A DNA stretch of 64,000 nucleotides from assembly GCF_018977255.1 (NCBI RefSeq), contig NW_024704742.1, positions 7,690,001-7,754,000 of the forward strand. The letters are read 5' to 3'. A program made the translations under genes and the position numbers. Under the pieces are notes generated by a model. The model was not told the DNA's origin and searched no databases. It saw only the letters and a list, made by a program, of their open reading frames with translations. Positions 14,063 through 27,225 of this stretch are shown one piece after another; position 1 is the stretch's first letter; each line of letters begins with the position of its first letter. Source of the stretch: Callorhinchus milii. Its lineage: Eukaryota.

Positions 14063-15656
14063 CAGCCTCAATCAGATTTAAAAATAGGATTATTTTTTAA
14101 TTAATTAACTAAATAGGAAATGCTTGGAATCATTGGGCTTGCTTTCAGTTACTACGCCTCCTCTCCTGATGTTCCTCCAGCTTGTCCCTGCCGGCCCCAC
14201 CTTTAAAGCCCATCTTTAAGAGCTATATTTGCAACCACGCTTTCATCACTTTCGGGCACAGAGCCACCAGCCTGTGAAAAAGAAAGTTAAGTTCATGCTT
14301 AATCAGGATTATTGATTAATAATCAATATTAATGCTTAGACCTTAATTAGATTAATCAGAACAGTGTGTGTTTCAGTGACTGAGTGTTGGGCTCTGTTTC
14401 CTGCGCTTGGTTTCTCTGCCTAATTTTCCGCACGGCAGTTCTTAATCTTGTCTGGACTATTAGAGGCTGGCAGTAAGCGTGGGTTTCGTCCATTGGTGGC
14501 AAGTGAAAGAGAGGCAACAGCAGAGACGTGGGCATGGAGGTAACGCTTTTGCTCGTGCTTTCAGCAGTGTTGTGAAATGCCTGGTGACAGGGAGGGGGAA
14601 ACTTTTTTCTTTAAAAAATAAGGTTTAAAAAGCACGGCAGACTGTAATCGATCGAGATCCTTCACTTATATCAAAGCCAAGAGAGAACTGACAGAATCTA
14701 CAAGGGCAAATACATTATATACCCTGCCTCTCAGGGTAAAGGCTCTAAGTGCAAGTTGTTGTAGTAGTTAAAATGTTATCTCTATTGTAAGGCTGTTGGA
14801 TCCCATCTTTTTCAGTAAGTTTTAAATCCGTGTTGTGTGATGCTGACTGGTAACACCTCAATATACCACACATGATGCTTAGCCCCTGAGCATCAAGCTA
14901 TTATCAACACCCCACCGCATTCATATCTTTACCACGGCTGTTGTTTTTAGTGTTCCAAGACCTTCTGTTACGGAACAGTTGCAATATGAATGCAATTTGT
15001 TCTGGTTCATTGATTGTTCCCTTTCTAAACCTGCCCATGTACAAAGGACTGGCTGATTTTGAGGTTATAAAGCATACCTGAATTGAAATGAGCAAACTGT
15101 GGGAAAAACAGTTGCCGGGGCATTTAATTTACTCATCATCCATTTACCGGTGAGTGTCTGTTTCAATCCAGCAGTGGAAGAATACCTTGAGCAATACAGA
15201 GGGGGGTAAGTAAGCAGAAAATCCTGATGTGTTTCCCTATTGAAACCCTTAACCTGTGAAATAATCAGGAACTCTCTACGGTTTGCACGCAAATCCACAC
15301 TTTGTGTGAAAGCGAGGAAAAAAAAAATCCGTTGTGGAATATTTCAATTAATAACGATTTGTACTAATTATCCAACAACTCAATTCCTTAACTTCGCATC
15401 AACCCCTCCCACCCTCACAAACACCTGAGAAGTTCTTGCTTTTTAAACAAAGAGAATTATTTTAATACAATGGCGCTTGTTCTCTGACCATTTTTTTCCA
15501 TCGCAGCTTAAATGTGGAGCCCGTACTTGTCTTCTCAAGTTATGGTCAGCAGGCCTGATAATTGTGGATGGCAGATATGAAAATAAAGGGACATCAAACG
15601 TTTCTCACACGCCTCACAGCTCTGGGATCAGGCAATTTTTTTCATTCTCCTAAACT

Positions 15657-16052
15657 ATACAACAACAATAACAAAATTACATTTGTAAAGCGCCTTTCAC
15701 GTCGGGAGGACGTCCCAAGGCGCTGGACAGTCAGATTTTCAGACCCGAGCTGGGGGTCGGGATTGGGGAGGGTGGAGGGTAGGGGGTGCAAGAGGGGGCA
15801 AGGCGAAGGGACTGCGGGATGGAGTTGCAGAGGGTTGGAGCAGAGTGGCAGAAGGCCCGCCCACCAATGGTGGGGAGAGCGAGGCGGGGGACGTGAAGCA
15901 GGCCAGAGCCGCTGAACGGAGGGAGTGGGCGGAATGGTAGGGGGTTAGATGGTCGCAGAGGTAGGGGGGAGCAAGGCCATGGAGGGCTTTGAAGCTGAAG
16001 ACGAGGATCTTGAACTGTATCCTCTGTGTGATGGGAAGCCGGTGGAGTCCAT
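15657..16052 (-). mobile_element. L2 LINE 3' fragment (CTCCC-loop tail subfamily)
   Basis: Frameshifted ORFs give LHRLPITQRIQFKILVFSFKALHGLAPPYLCDHLTPY and TIGGRAFCHSAPTLCNSIPQSLRLAPS; (caa)n tail. Confidence 0.88.
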
Positions 16053-17184
16053 GATCCAAAGAGATGGCATTGTCCCACACCACTTTCATTCACAGTAGAG
16101 AACCAAGGTCTGCCACTTCAATGCAGAGGCCTGGCATTGAAGGGGCTGGAAGCTACTGCCAATTAGCATTGCCCAATCCCGTCAGTTTTCATGCTACTGG
16201 AAATAGCTTCCTTCCCTCATTCAATCACAGGCCAGGAGAATTAGCCAACGACTCATTTACATGGAGACTGACACTTTAATTAATCCAGGCACCTACTTAT
16301 CGCACCTTCTAGAGAAGTTTCCCTATTTATATGGCATTCTTGCCTCCTCCTCTCTCGGCACTCCCGATCTAGGTGTGATGTTCTGGAAAGTGCATGCAAG
16401 GTGATAGCGGTGATATAAACATGCTAATGCTAATTCTCCTCTCAAACTCACAACTGAACCGAGTGGAATTACCCACTGAAAACTAGTAACAGTGGAATCC
16501 TGCGGGATGTCTGACTCAGCCGGACTTTCCACTTGAAAAACTTTCTCCATTGAGCAAGAGGGAAAGTCTGGACACATTTCATCAGAAACACATCAAAAAT
16601 AAACTGGGGAAAACAGATATTATGAAAGTTAAATATGTTGGCAATGAGGAGAAAGGTTGGCTGGATTTATGCATTGTTTTAATTTCACTTTGGCGTATTT
16701 CAATTTGAATAGACTTGTAGGGAGTTAAAGAGAGATACTAATGAGCTAGCAATCCAACAAGACACTGTCAGTCACACAATGCAGAACATCATACAATTAT
16801 TTGAAATGAAAAGGTGGTAAGTCAAAAGAGACACCTTGCGAACAATTGGTATCTCATCCTCGTTTAAAGGAAAGAGGCAATTCTAAAGAAGCCGATTCTG
16901 CTTGCGAACTGTATAACAAAGAGATCTCTCACCACTCAGGTGGTTGAGACATCACAAGCTGTCCTGAATAGGTGCTTTCACCACAATAAAGTCAGATGCC
17001 TATTGAATAGATGATGAGGATAGCAGCTGCTGTAGTCCGGGATTGGAAACATATGTTCATATATCCAGGGCTCGGTGTCCACCTTGATTGTTATGGAGAA
17101 AGGTAAGCAGCTTCTTCTGCTGAAGCACTGCACTTACAATAGTCAATGGATAGGGATTGTGTGTCCAAGATGTGGGAAGCTTAA

Positions 17185-17541
17185 TAACAAATAATAAACC
17201 TTGACATTTGATATAGCACCTTATCACGTCTTCGAGGTGTCTCAAAGTGCTTCACAGAATATACTGTAAAGTGAATTGACTGTATATTTTGTGGGTGAAA
17301 CGCGGGAGCCAACTGCGCACAGCAGCGTCCCACAAACAGTCATGGATTGAGTGACCAAATTATATTTATTTATACTGAAGGAATTATCTGCCAATCGACT
17401 AACAATCGGGTTCCTACTTACTACTTGATAAACAGAGGTGTGTGGAGTAAGAAAACTTGCCCAACGTTTCGCCCGGCCGGGGAATCGAACCCAAGTCCTC
17501 TCTCTTGTGAGGCGAGTGCTCTAACCACTGAACTACAGGAT
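17185..17541 (-). mobile_element. tRNA-Ala SINE, long type, full length
   Basis: Tail, Deu core, middle segment, B box ggaatcgaacc and A box ctctaaccactgaacta. Confidence 0.88.
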
Positions 17542-17745
17542 GGTGGGAACGGTCTCACACATTTTATGTGAGCTGTGCTGCTCATCCGTCAAAAGGCTCG
17601 CAGGGAGCATTTTGATGTAGCGCCTTATCACATCATCGAGACATCTCAAAATGATGCACAGGATACACTGTAATGTACTGTTATGAAGACCCGATAAGGC
17701 GCTATATCAAATGCAAGGATAGTTATTATTATTCTAAAACATTGT

Positions 17746-17988
17746 AGGAGAGAAATTCCACCTGGCTCTAGATTTACTCCAGTGATGTAACATTCCAGTG
17801 TATCCATCCAGAATTTGGTGAATTGGTCAATTCGGTCTTACCATCGAAACAGGTTTTCTGTCGGCCTTAAAAGAACTTAGGAGAAAACCAGGCTTCAAAA
17901 TTATGATTCAACGTTCTTCCCATTTATGGACACATTAAAATACTACGAAAATAGAGTAAATCTGGATTAAGGTGGAATTTCTACCCCT
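17746..17988. mobile_element. MITE-like element with about 34-bp terminal inverted repeats
   Basis: Left aggagagaaattccacctggctctagatttactc; reverse complement of right end aggggtagaaattccaccttaatccagatttactc. Confidence 0.7.
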
Positions 17989-18061
17989 GCCTGTGTTACT
18001 TCTAAAAATGAACCAGAAAAATAAAATCAATACTTCTTCTCATTGATAGAAGCAAAGGGGT

Positions 18062-18487
18062 TAATAATAATCCTTGCATTTGACATGGCGCCTTTCATGG
18101 CAGGAGACCCTCTCAAAGTATTTACTGTAAAGCGTAGAAATTTACTGTAAAAATGCCCTTTGTATGTAAATGTGGCAGTCAATGTCCCACAAACAGCCAT
18201 GAAGTGAACGACCAATTTATTTAATCAACAGCGATTGTCGGCCAGGACACAGGGAGAAACTCCCTTCTCTTTTCAAATACTGGCACAATATCTTTAACGT
18301 TGAACTGAACAGGGAGACAAGACCTCAGTTTAATGTTTTATCTGAAGGATGACACCTCCAACAATGCAGCATTTCCCCAGCACTGTATTGGAGTGTCAGC
18401 TTAAAGAATGTGAGCTCAGAGTCCTGTCATGGGGCTTGAGCCCACAAACTCCTCACTCAGAGGTGAAGGTGTTACCAGGCTGACACC
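18062..18487 (-). mobile_element. Long DeuSINE-like element, full length
   Basis: Reverse complement matches 11210-11630 from tail to head (ggggcttgagcccacaa..ctcagag..ccaggctgacacc). Confidence 0.8.
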
Positions 18488-20454
18488 AGACGAGGTAAGT
18501 TTAGACAGTTTACCATTTCTACCTCAGGGTATCCAAACCCAATAATGGGTATTCCGACTTCTGGAAAAGTTTCTCTTCAACTAATGTGTGATCAGAGTTT
18601 TGCTTTTCTTACGGTGTTAAGAATACCAGAAGCATTCTAATGTTAATAATAATTATAATAAAAATGGTTGCATTTGATCTACAACAACAACAACTTGAGG
18701 GTAGCTTCTCAGAGGATTTCAACCAATTCTATATAGCGCCTTATCACGTCTTCGGGATGTCTAAAAAGTGCTTCACAGAATGTATTGCAAAGCGAATTGA
18801 CTGTTTATTTTGTGGCCAGAACACGACAGCCAATTGCTCGCAGCAGCGTCCCACAAAAGGTTGTTAATTAGGTTAATGCCAGCCTGACACCAAAATAAAT
18901 GCAGGATTGCATCATAGGTGACAGATTTTATTTTGGAGAAGACAATCCCATGACAGCACAGCAAATATTTCTTGCTGGCTCTACGAAAAGGAAACCGAAA
19001 TGTCTACTAAACACCTGTGTCCGTAAATGATCGTTTTAATTAAAATTCCGCAATAGAATTCATCATTATTTCTACATCTGTGGATTGTATTACCATACTT
19101 TTGAAAATGTTAGGTACCTAGGGAAGCTGCAGAGGGAGAGTTTTAAAAGTAATCTCACTGTATTGCAAACCAGCTCTTTCCTTAACGGTTCTACAGGGAT
19201 ACTTTGCAAGGAATGTTTTAATTAGGAGTGAGTGCAGTTGCCGCAACATGTTTAATGCAACACGGCAAATACAACTGTCTGTTGAAAAGAGTGGAAAGAA
19301 CTTTGGTGAAGGTAAAAAGTTTTAGCATTCCCTTCAGAAAATAAAACCGTACTGCAAATATTTGATGCTAAGGCACGCCTTTAATCAGGAAAGTGCAATT
19401 TCCAAGTGCAATTTCTCAAACATTTTAACACCTTCTCCCGTGTTAAGGAAGAAATAAAAGCTCAGCTGGAAAGATCTCTGACTAACACAGTGTTTGAAGT
19501 CTGAATGTGCTTGAGTGGATTTTTAGAACTATTTGGCATACTGAGCCGTATCTCTTCTATGTGTTCTTTATTCGATAAATACCAGCCAGATGTTAAGTAA
19601 TATTGACTAAAACAAAAGAAAATATCGCAACCAACTCATATATAGGTTAATGAACTCCTAGAGGCATTTCTCTCAAGCCTTCATATGTTCACACTACTTA
19701 CTGTGATTGAACCATAGGGGAGATTTTGACACCCGGTTATTTGAGCGCTGGAATCAATAGGTTTGCAGTGTACAGTATTTCTGTAATGATTTTTATTTAC
19801 TTTGTGTAAAAAAAAGGCTAAGTTGGTCTCTATGCCGAATTGAAACCAAATATTAATCCAGGGAGTTCAAATATCCAAACAATTATACGGTATTGCAGTA
19901 GTTTTTGGTCTGGCAGTTTTGTGGTAATAGGTTAATACTGCATCCCGGACACAGCATGTCCTTCTCACGTAAAAACAACAGAGCAATACGGAGGTGGATA
20001 GGGTGAGGAGGTTAAGGAGGCTCCTGTGGAGTATAAAAAACACAGCACAAACTAGCTGGGTCAAATGGCTTGTTTCGATGCTTTACAGTCTGTGTAACTC
20101 TATGTAATTATTGCGAAGGACACAGTGACCGACCACGGTGAGGGTGTAGTTTGAAATATAATCTCACCACTTTGCAAACCAGAGATCCTTCAGCAGTTTT
20201 ACAGGAATACAGTATACAGAAACAGTATAGAGAGAGCTCAAAGGCCGCATCTGTCTGCAGTAACGTAAATACTGAGAGCAACTGGATGTTTAAGGTCTAC
20301 AGTACCTCTGGGTAGAATCTCTCTTGTAAACGCTTCCTCTAGTGTTATGTTTTGCTAACCTTTATTAGGGAGAATGTTCATGTCCGCAATTGCACCATTG
20401 CAATAAGCAGCCAAGAGGTGCAGCCACAGCTCATTGCCGATGGAGGATGGAATT

Positions 20455-20580
20455 GTCTTCCCTAATGGCTCAGTGGATAAACGCACCATCTGGTGTAGTG
20501 TGATTTTCAGGCCAGCAAAGCCTTCCTAATTCAGACCGTGGTCTGTGCAAAATTATCTGATCAGCCAGGATGGCAGTGGA
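20455..20580 (+). mobile_element. Old degenerate tRNA-like SINE head
   Basis: atggctcagtggataaacgcac A-box-like start, then ggtctgtgcaaaattatctgatcagcc; loosely similar to 43070-43300. Confidence 0.35.
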
Positions 20581-20629
20581 TATTCAATGAAATCTTGTCC
20601 TTAAAAAGATTTATACGCAGAATGCGCGA

Positions 20630-21410
20630 CTGTGTTTATAAATCGTTAGCGAGACTGCAGTTCAGAATGCTGTGTCCAGTTTTGCTCACCCTAATTTAAG
20701 AAGGATGTCAGTGTCACAGAGAGGATGTAAAGGAGATTTACTAGGCTAATACCATGGATGAAAGTGGTTTGATCTATTAGCAGAGACTGGAGCTAGTTTC
20801 AGCCACTTCGCTCCGAAACTCTGGAACATTTTTCCTCTATCCCTCTGCCTGGCCCTTTCTTTCTCCATCTTCAGGTCGCGGCTGAAGTCCTTCTTGTTCG
20901 ACCGTGTCTACGGTCACCTCCCTTCACCCCTAGCTCGGTGTCGTACTCCGCTACTGTCAAGCACTCTGGGACCCTGCCCTGCATGAGGGGCATTATATAA
21001 ATGCAAATTGTCGTTGTTGTTGGACTGGGTTTGTTCACCTTGGAACAGAACTGGTTGAGGGGAAACCTGATGGAAACTCTTTAAAATTCTGAGGAATGTT
21101 GATTGAGTCGAGGGGGAGAAATGATTTCCAGCGGTTGGTGAGTCAATGACTGGAGGGCATCAATTTACGATAGTTAAGAAGAGTTCAAAGGAGCAAATGG
21201 AGAGATTTTTTTTTAACATAGAGACATTAGGATGTGGAATGCCCTAAGAGGTGTGGTCTCGAGACAGGAAGCATATTAGCTTTCAAGAGAGAACACGATA
21301 GATATGCAGAAAAGGTAGGTAAGTGAGACTCAATGGATTATTCTTTCCAAGAACCAGCACAGCCACGATGGGTCAAATGATCTTCTTCTGTACTGTGGTT
21401 TTCTCCGACT
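20630..21410 (+). mobile_element. CR1 LINE 3' fragment interrupted by an L2 3' fragment (about 20797-21021)
   Basis: Degenerate YKSL..CVQF..RKD coding, ctgggtttgttcaccttggaacagaactggttgaggggaaacctgat (GLF.LEQ..LRG.L), tail gatgggtcaaatgatcttcttctgtactgt. Confidence 0.75.
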
Positions 21411-21605
21411 TTACACCAACGGTTTCGGTAACCCTCCTACCTCTACCCTCCCTGCCATCTAGCCCTCCTGATCCCAACCCCCAGCTCAGGTCCAAATGTA
21501 ATTTGTTGTTATTGTAGACGTTGTCGCGATTGGAAGAGGAGAAAATCATGCCCAATGTTATGATGGCCAAAGGATACATAGCTTTGTACACTGACACACA
21601 ACAAC

Positions 21606-21942
21606 GTGGAGTCCTGTAGCTCAGTGGTTAGAGCACTTGCTTTGCAAGCGAGAGACCTGAGTTCAATTCCAGGCAGAGGGCGAAACCTTGGGCAAGTTTC
21701 CTTACTCCACACAGAGCCTAATAATAATCCCTCCAAAACCAAAAACAATAATAAAATTGGTCATTTTCAATCTATGACTGTTTGTGGGACATTGCTGTGC
21801 GCAATTGGCTGCCGCGTTCACCCACAAATATACAGTCAATTCACTTTACAGTGTGTTCTGTGAAGCGCTTTGGAACGTCCTCCCGACGTGAAAAGCGCTA
21901 TATCAAATGCAAGGATTATTATTATTATTATTATTATTATTA
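21606..21942 (+). mobile_element. Young tRNA-Ala SINE, full length
   Basis: Near-identical to 5708-6037 and 52703-53027; long pure (TTA)n tail. Confidence 0.92.
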
Positions 21943-22182
21943 TAACTTGCTGTTAGGGTGTATTCAGCAAGCTGCTGGCACCTTTAAAATCATATGCTCG
22001 GATTATTCACTGCCTACAGGAGTAAACCTTGTTTTTTTTAAAAAACACACACTTGATTTGAGTGTAACATCAAGGTTTTAGCATTGTGAATTTGGTGTCT
22101 GCCTGTGAAGGCAGCTTTAGCGAAATTCAGGTGGTTAGAGCTGAATTCCTTTGTTTTGTGAGCCAACTATTCATCTCTAGTA

Positions 22183-22300
22183 AATAATAATAATAATAAT
22201 CCTTGCATTTGATATAGCGCTTTTCATGTCTTCTAGACGTCTCAAAGCGCTTCACAGAATAGACTGTAACGTGAATTGACTGTATATTTGTCGGCGAAAC
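22183..22300 (-). mobile_element. Ala-SINE 3' tail
   Basis: (taa)n-ccttgcatttgatatagcgcttttca..; inverted relative to the 21606 copy. Confidence 0.85.
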
Positions 22301-23596
22301 ACAATAAATAAACTACTACCAGCAGTGTCGCAGAGCCTGGTACACACACACACACAAATACACACACACACACATGAGCCCAATCTTAGCAGTAAACAGC
22401 TTTTAATCAATACAAGCTTGAAGTTTCATGTTCAGTCTCCTCTAAGGACATTCAACCCCAAGCCTACATGTGTCAACAGAATGGCTTTTTGTCTCATTCC
22501 TGTTTCTTTGGAATGGGTTCTCCCTTTTACATTGTCCCACCAGAAGGGAACCTTTTTTTTTCCACTGTGGTATACATTACGACTCTCTCGGAGTCAGTGC
22601 AAAGTGCAGGCAGTCCGAAGGGCATGTTGAAATGTAATTATCAGCTCCCTTTGTGCTGAGATCTGCTCACTTACAGAGCGTCCCCAAAAGAAGCTTCTGT
22701 GCAATTGCCAAGCACTCTGGCACCTCCTGACACTCGTTGGAGATTTGATTACTGCCTTGCACTTTTGTTCCATAAATGTTATCTCACCAAGGCTTCCTTC
22801 CTTCCTTGCAGACATTATCCTCAATCCAAACCCCAGCCAATTTCACCTGAATGGCATAAACAACCAGATTATTGTTCAAATCAATAACAAAATTGGAGTA
22901 TTATAGCCATTAAGTGCAATAAGTTAGCACTGCGCTCTAAGGATACCTTTACTACCCACACAAACAACGATAATGCCTCACAATTGAATTCGGTGTGGAT
23001 GTACTCAAGAATAAAATAAACTTTTTTCCACAAGTTGAACTATTAAGTTGCAGTTTGCAGTTGCCATTCACTTCAGCAAAACATCCAACACAATTCTAGT
23101 GGCAAGTCTTGCATATCTAACCTGCATCAGAGTGCATCTTTTCCATTCAAAATACAGATAGAAAATGCAAACAATTGAACTTAACACTTATAGTAATCCA
23201 GTAAAAGTTATCAAACTTAATGTAAACTTTAAAAAAAAAGATTTTTGCAATTCTTTGTTAATATATAATAACCCTTATACATTATATAGTCAGAAGGACA
23301 TCTCAAAGGCAAATAAAACAGCAAATTTGTACCACAGCACTATCCCACAAACAGCCGTGAAGTGAATGATCTGGAAGTGGAAGTATCTGGAGGATTATTG
23401 ACCAGGACACCAGAAAATAATCCTTCTCTCTTTGAGCAATGCTGTGGGATCTATGACTTATGATAATTATAATAATAATAATAATCCTTACATTTGATAT
23501 AGTGCTTTATCAGATAGTTAAGACATCTCAAAGTGCTTCACGTGATTTAACTGTGATGTGTAGTGACTGAGTAGTTGTCAGCAAAAACATATATCT

Positions 23597-23870
23597 CAGT
23601 GGTGTGCAACTCATGGGCCACAGGCCGAAAGTGATCAGTGGGGCTGTCAAGAAGTGGCTCACCGAACATTCGCACTCGTCTAGGTCAGTCTGTTTAAAAA
23701 TAATATTTTGTTTCCATTTTTTCTCTTGATTGAATATTTCTTGACTTTAATAAACCAAGAAATATCCAATCAAGGAAATGTATTTTGTGGCCAATCAATG
23801 GAGGCAGACAGGACTTCCATTAATGTCTCATTTGAGGCACATCGCTTTCCAACAAATCTGCACTTCCCCC
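23597..23870. mobile_element. Possible degraded hAT-Charlie-type non-autonomous DNA transposon within a minus-strand DeuSINE (about 23270-23978)
   Basis: Starts cagtggtgtgcaactcatgggccacaggccgaaa, resembling Charlie/MER58-type termini; the right end tctgcacttcccc is only a weak inverted match. Confidence 0.35.
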
Positions 23871-25149
23871 ATTACTGCACCAGAGTGTCAGCGTAGACTG
23901 AGCTCAAAGTCCTGACGTGGGTCTAAACCCACAGTTTTTTTGGCTCGGGAGGCAAGAGTGCTACCTATTGAGCCAGTCTAAGTAGCGTAATCCTAATGAT
24001 ACCTATACATAGTCATCCTCAAATATTTCCAACTATTTGGCATTTAAGGATACAATGGGGCAGATCTCTAAAAAATACAGATTACCTGTTATTTAAATCC
24101 CTACTTGTGCAACCTGCTTTATCCTCAACAGCCTGCCTGTTCCCTTCACTCTGCCGATATTGGCCTACTCCATATCTCCCGCTCTATCTGCCCCACCATC
24201 ACGGGGCAGGGGTTCAGTCACTTGGCACCTACTCTCTGGAACTCCATTCCCAGGTCCCTCTGACTTGCTCTCTTTCCTACCCTCTTTCAAGGCATGTCTG
24301 AAAACGTACCCCCTCCCAAAGTGAAACGTGCTAATGTAAGTGTAAACTGGATTGTGTTGTAAAGCATGACTTTATATTAAAACATATCAAGTGTGTGTTT
24401 TATAACAGTATCGGCATATTCAGTGAGGAAGGCTCAAGCCAACAATAGAACTCAACAGATGTTCATGCCTGGAAGCTATAACAAAGTCTTACACTAACAT
24501 AGGTCTCATCTTCACAATCACGTTAACACAGGAATATTTAATACATCAATTATAACCATATTTACTTTATTGGCATGCAATTTGTATTCCCCTTGCTGTA
24601 TTTTAAGTGTCAATATCACATACTTAATGCGCCCAGTCCCGTGTTACATCGAACTACCTAATTATTCTATGGCCACCTCCTCCCCACCCCTCGCCCTCCC
24701 CTTCCACCCCCAACCCTCTCTGGTCTTTAAACAATGGTGCAGGACACGTTATACTTTGTGGGACTATGATAGGCAGAGTTAGCTGCCATTCCAGACAAAA
24801 ACAAACACGCTCATGAAAATCAGTAGTTTGTGGCTGACATATTTGTGGGGGCCCAGATGACTGAAAGCTGTGAGTGTGACATTTATAACATCACAGCATG
24901 AAGTTAATGTTTTACGAGGATTGCAATTGTTGCTTGCTACATCGGCAGGAACAAAATGTCAGTGTTGTATATAAGAGTGTGTGTGGGGGGGCGTGGGATA
25001 AATCACATATAAAGTTTTTACATAGAGAAGGGCAGACAGACCTAAGGCCAACCTATACTGTAGCTGGCACGTTGCAAGTATCACAAGTGCGTGGCTGACT
25101 CCTTTTATCTGTGGAGACGCCGTAAAGCAACCCTAGATAATCGGGCTGC

Positions 25150-25590
25150 TAATAATCCTTACCACGCTTACATTTGGCATAGCCCTCTTTCACATTGGGA
25201 GAATGCCTCAAAATGCATCAAAGGATATACTGTAAAGTGCAGTGATTGTGTATTTTATAGGTGAACGCAGCAACTCAATTTTTCACACAGCAATGTCTCA
25301 CAAGCAGCCGTTAAATGAATGACCATTTTTTTTACTTTAGGGATTCTTGGCCAGGACACCAGGAGAAACTCCCTTTGCTTTTCGAATCGTGCCAATGGGA
25401 TCTTTAACGTCCGTATGAACAGGCAGACAGGACCTTGGTTTAACGTCTCATCTGAAGGACGGCATGTCCAACAAAACAGCACTCCCCCAGCACCATACTA
25501 GAGAGTCAGTCTATACTGTGAGATGAAAAGCCTTGAACCCAGAAACTTCTGAGTCTTCTGAGAGGTGAGAGAAATAGTAACTGAGCTAGG
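25150..25590 (-). mobile_element. Long DeuSINE-like element
   Basis: ggccaggacaccaggagaaactcc...ggatctttaacgtcc..aacaggcagacaggacc..gtttaacgtctcatctgaaggacggca. Confidence 0.8.
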
Positions 25591-26505
25591 ATGATTCCCT
25601 GATCACTGGTAAATGTATTGATTTCAGTAGTATGAGCTTATAACAGTATCTGCTATACAAATGTAATCTTGTTGTTATTATTATTCACCCACAAAATACA
25701 CAGTTACACCACTTTGCAGTAATTCCTGTGAAGTGCCTTGAGACGTCTCGACAACATGTTCAGGCACTATATCCAGGATTATTATTATTATAAAGTTCAT
25801 GTAAAATCTTGAGAGAAACACCCAAGAAAGAAGAGAACTTTACTGAGTTTAATAGTGGTCACAGAAACGTTAGATCATGCTTTTGAAAACACCCTGCTGC
25901 AAAAAAAAACACAAGGAATTGCATGATTTCTGTTTGATGTTTTATATTTTAACTTGTTAGTATGGGGGGGTAACACATTGGGGGAGGGGTTGTTTGGTTT
26001 TATAAACGTTTATTGATTAATTTACTGATACAAAACCAACAATAATATTGAGGGCCTCAGAAAGCCACACATTTTGTGGCCTTGATAAATGTGTCATATG
26101 GCTGAGAACATCCAATTTTCATGAAAGAAGTGCATTTTTGACCTTTTTGGTATTACTGCTAGTTACCAATATATAGCTGCAGGCTCCAAGGATAATTGAA
26201 TGATTCAAGGAAATATATTGCCCTATTTATTTTCTATGAAGGGTACAGCATTATATACTACCAATAATGATTTATTCGAAGTTCCTAAGACAGACTGAGT
26301 AGATGGATAGAGTCCGCAATGTGCATCACCTCGGTAGATAGAAAGTTCAATCAAGGAGACAGCCAGAGAATGGTTGAGAGGAGACAATATTGCATGAATT
26401 TCAGTACATAGGTGTTCCTTTCTTCCTCGTTTGCATGTTTTTCCTTGTGCAAATCATTCAATTTAGCTTTGCAAAGAGTCCTGAAGAAGATTGCATAATA
26501 ATAAT

Positions 26506-27225
26506 CCTTACAACAACAACAAGATTACATTTGTATAGCGCCTTTCACGTTGGGAGGATGTCCCAAGGCGCTGAACAGTGTACAGCATTTCAGACCCGAG
26601 CTGGGGTCAGGGGGGGGAGAAGGGAGGGGGGGAAGGGGTTTGACCGATGGCATGGTGGAAGAGGAGGGTCTTGAGGTGGAACTTGAAGGAGGCTAAGGAG
26701 GGGGCAAGGCGGAGTGATTGGGGAATGGAATTCCTGGGGGTAGAGTGGCTGAAGGCTTTCCCACCAATGGTGGGGCGGGTGGGGCAGGGGACGTGGAGCA
26801 GGCCAGAGACGGCTGAGCGGAGGGAACGGGCGGGTTGGTAGGGGGTTAGGAGGTCGCAGAGGTAGGGTGGGGTGAGGCCATGGAGTGCTTTGTAGGTGAG
26901 GACCAGGATCTTGAACTGGATCCTCTGAAGGATAGGGAGCCAATGGAGTCGGGCGAGAGTGGGGGAGATGGGGTCATGGAGTTTGGTGCGGGAGAGGACA
27001 CGGGCTGCAGAGTTCTGGATTATCTGCAGTCTGTGAAGGGAGGAGTTGGGAAGGCCGACAAGTGGGGCGTTTGCATAGTCGAGCCTGGAGGTGATGAAGG
27101 CATGAACAAGAGTTTCAGTGGCCTGAGGGGTGAGGTAGTGGCGGAGTCGGGCGATGTTACGGAGGTGAGAGAAGGCAGAGCGGGTCATGGCTTGGATGTG
27201 GGGAAGAAAAGACAGTTGAGGATCA
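26506..27225 (-). mobile_element. L2 LINE 3' fragment, the longest in the window
   Basis: ORF 26607-27188 SAFSHLRNIARLRHYLT..ETLVHAFITSRLDYAN..LQIIQNSAARVL..LHWLPILQRIQFKIL..LKTLLF is typical L2 ORF2 C-terminus; (caa)n tail. Confidence 0.92.

Noticed and set aside
26607..27188. 193-aa ORF as an active or domesticated reverse transcriptase
   Set aside because: Only the L2 ORF2 C-terminus; no endonuclease or catalytic RT core, and it is 5'-truncated.
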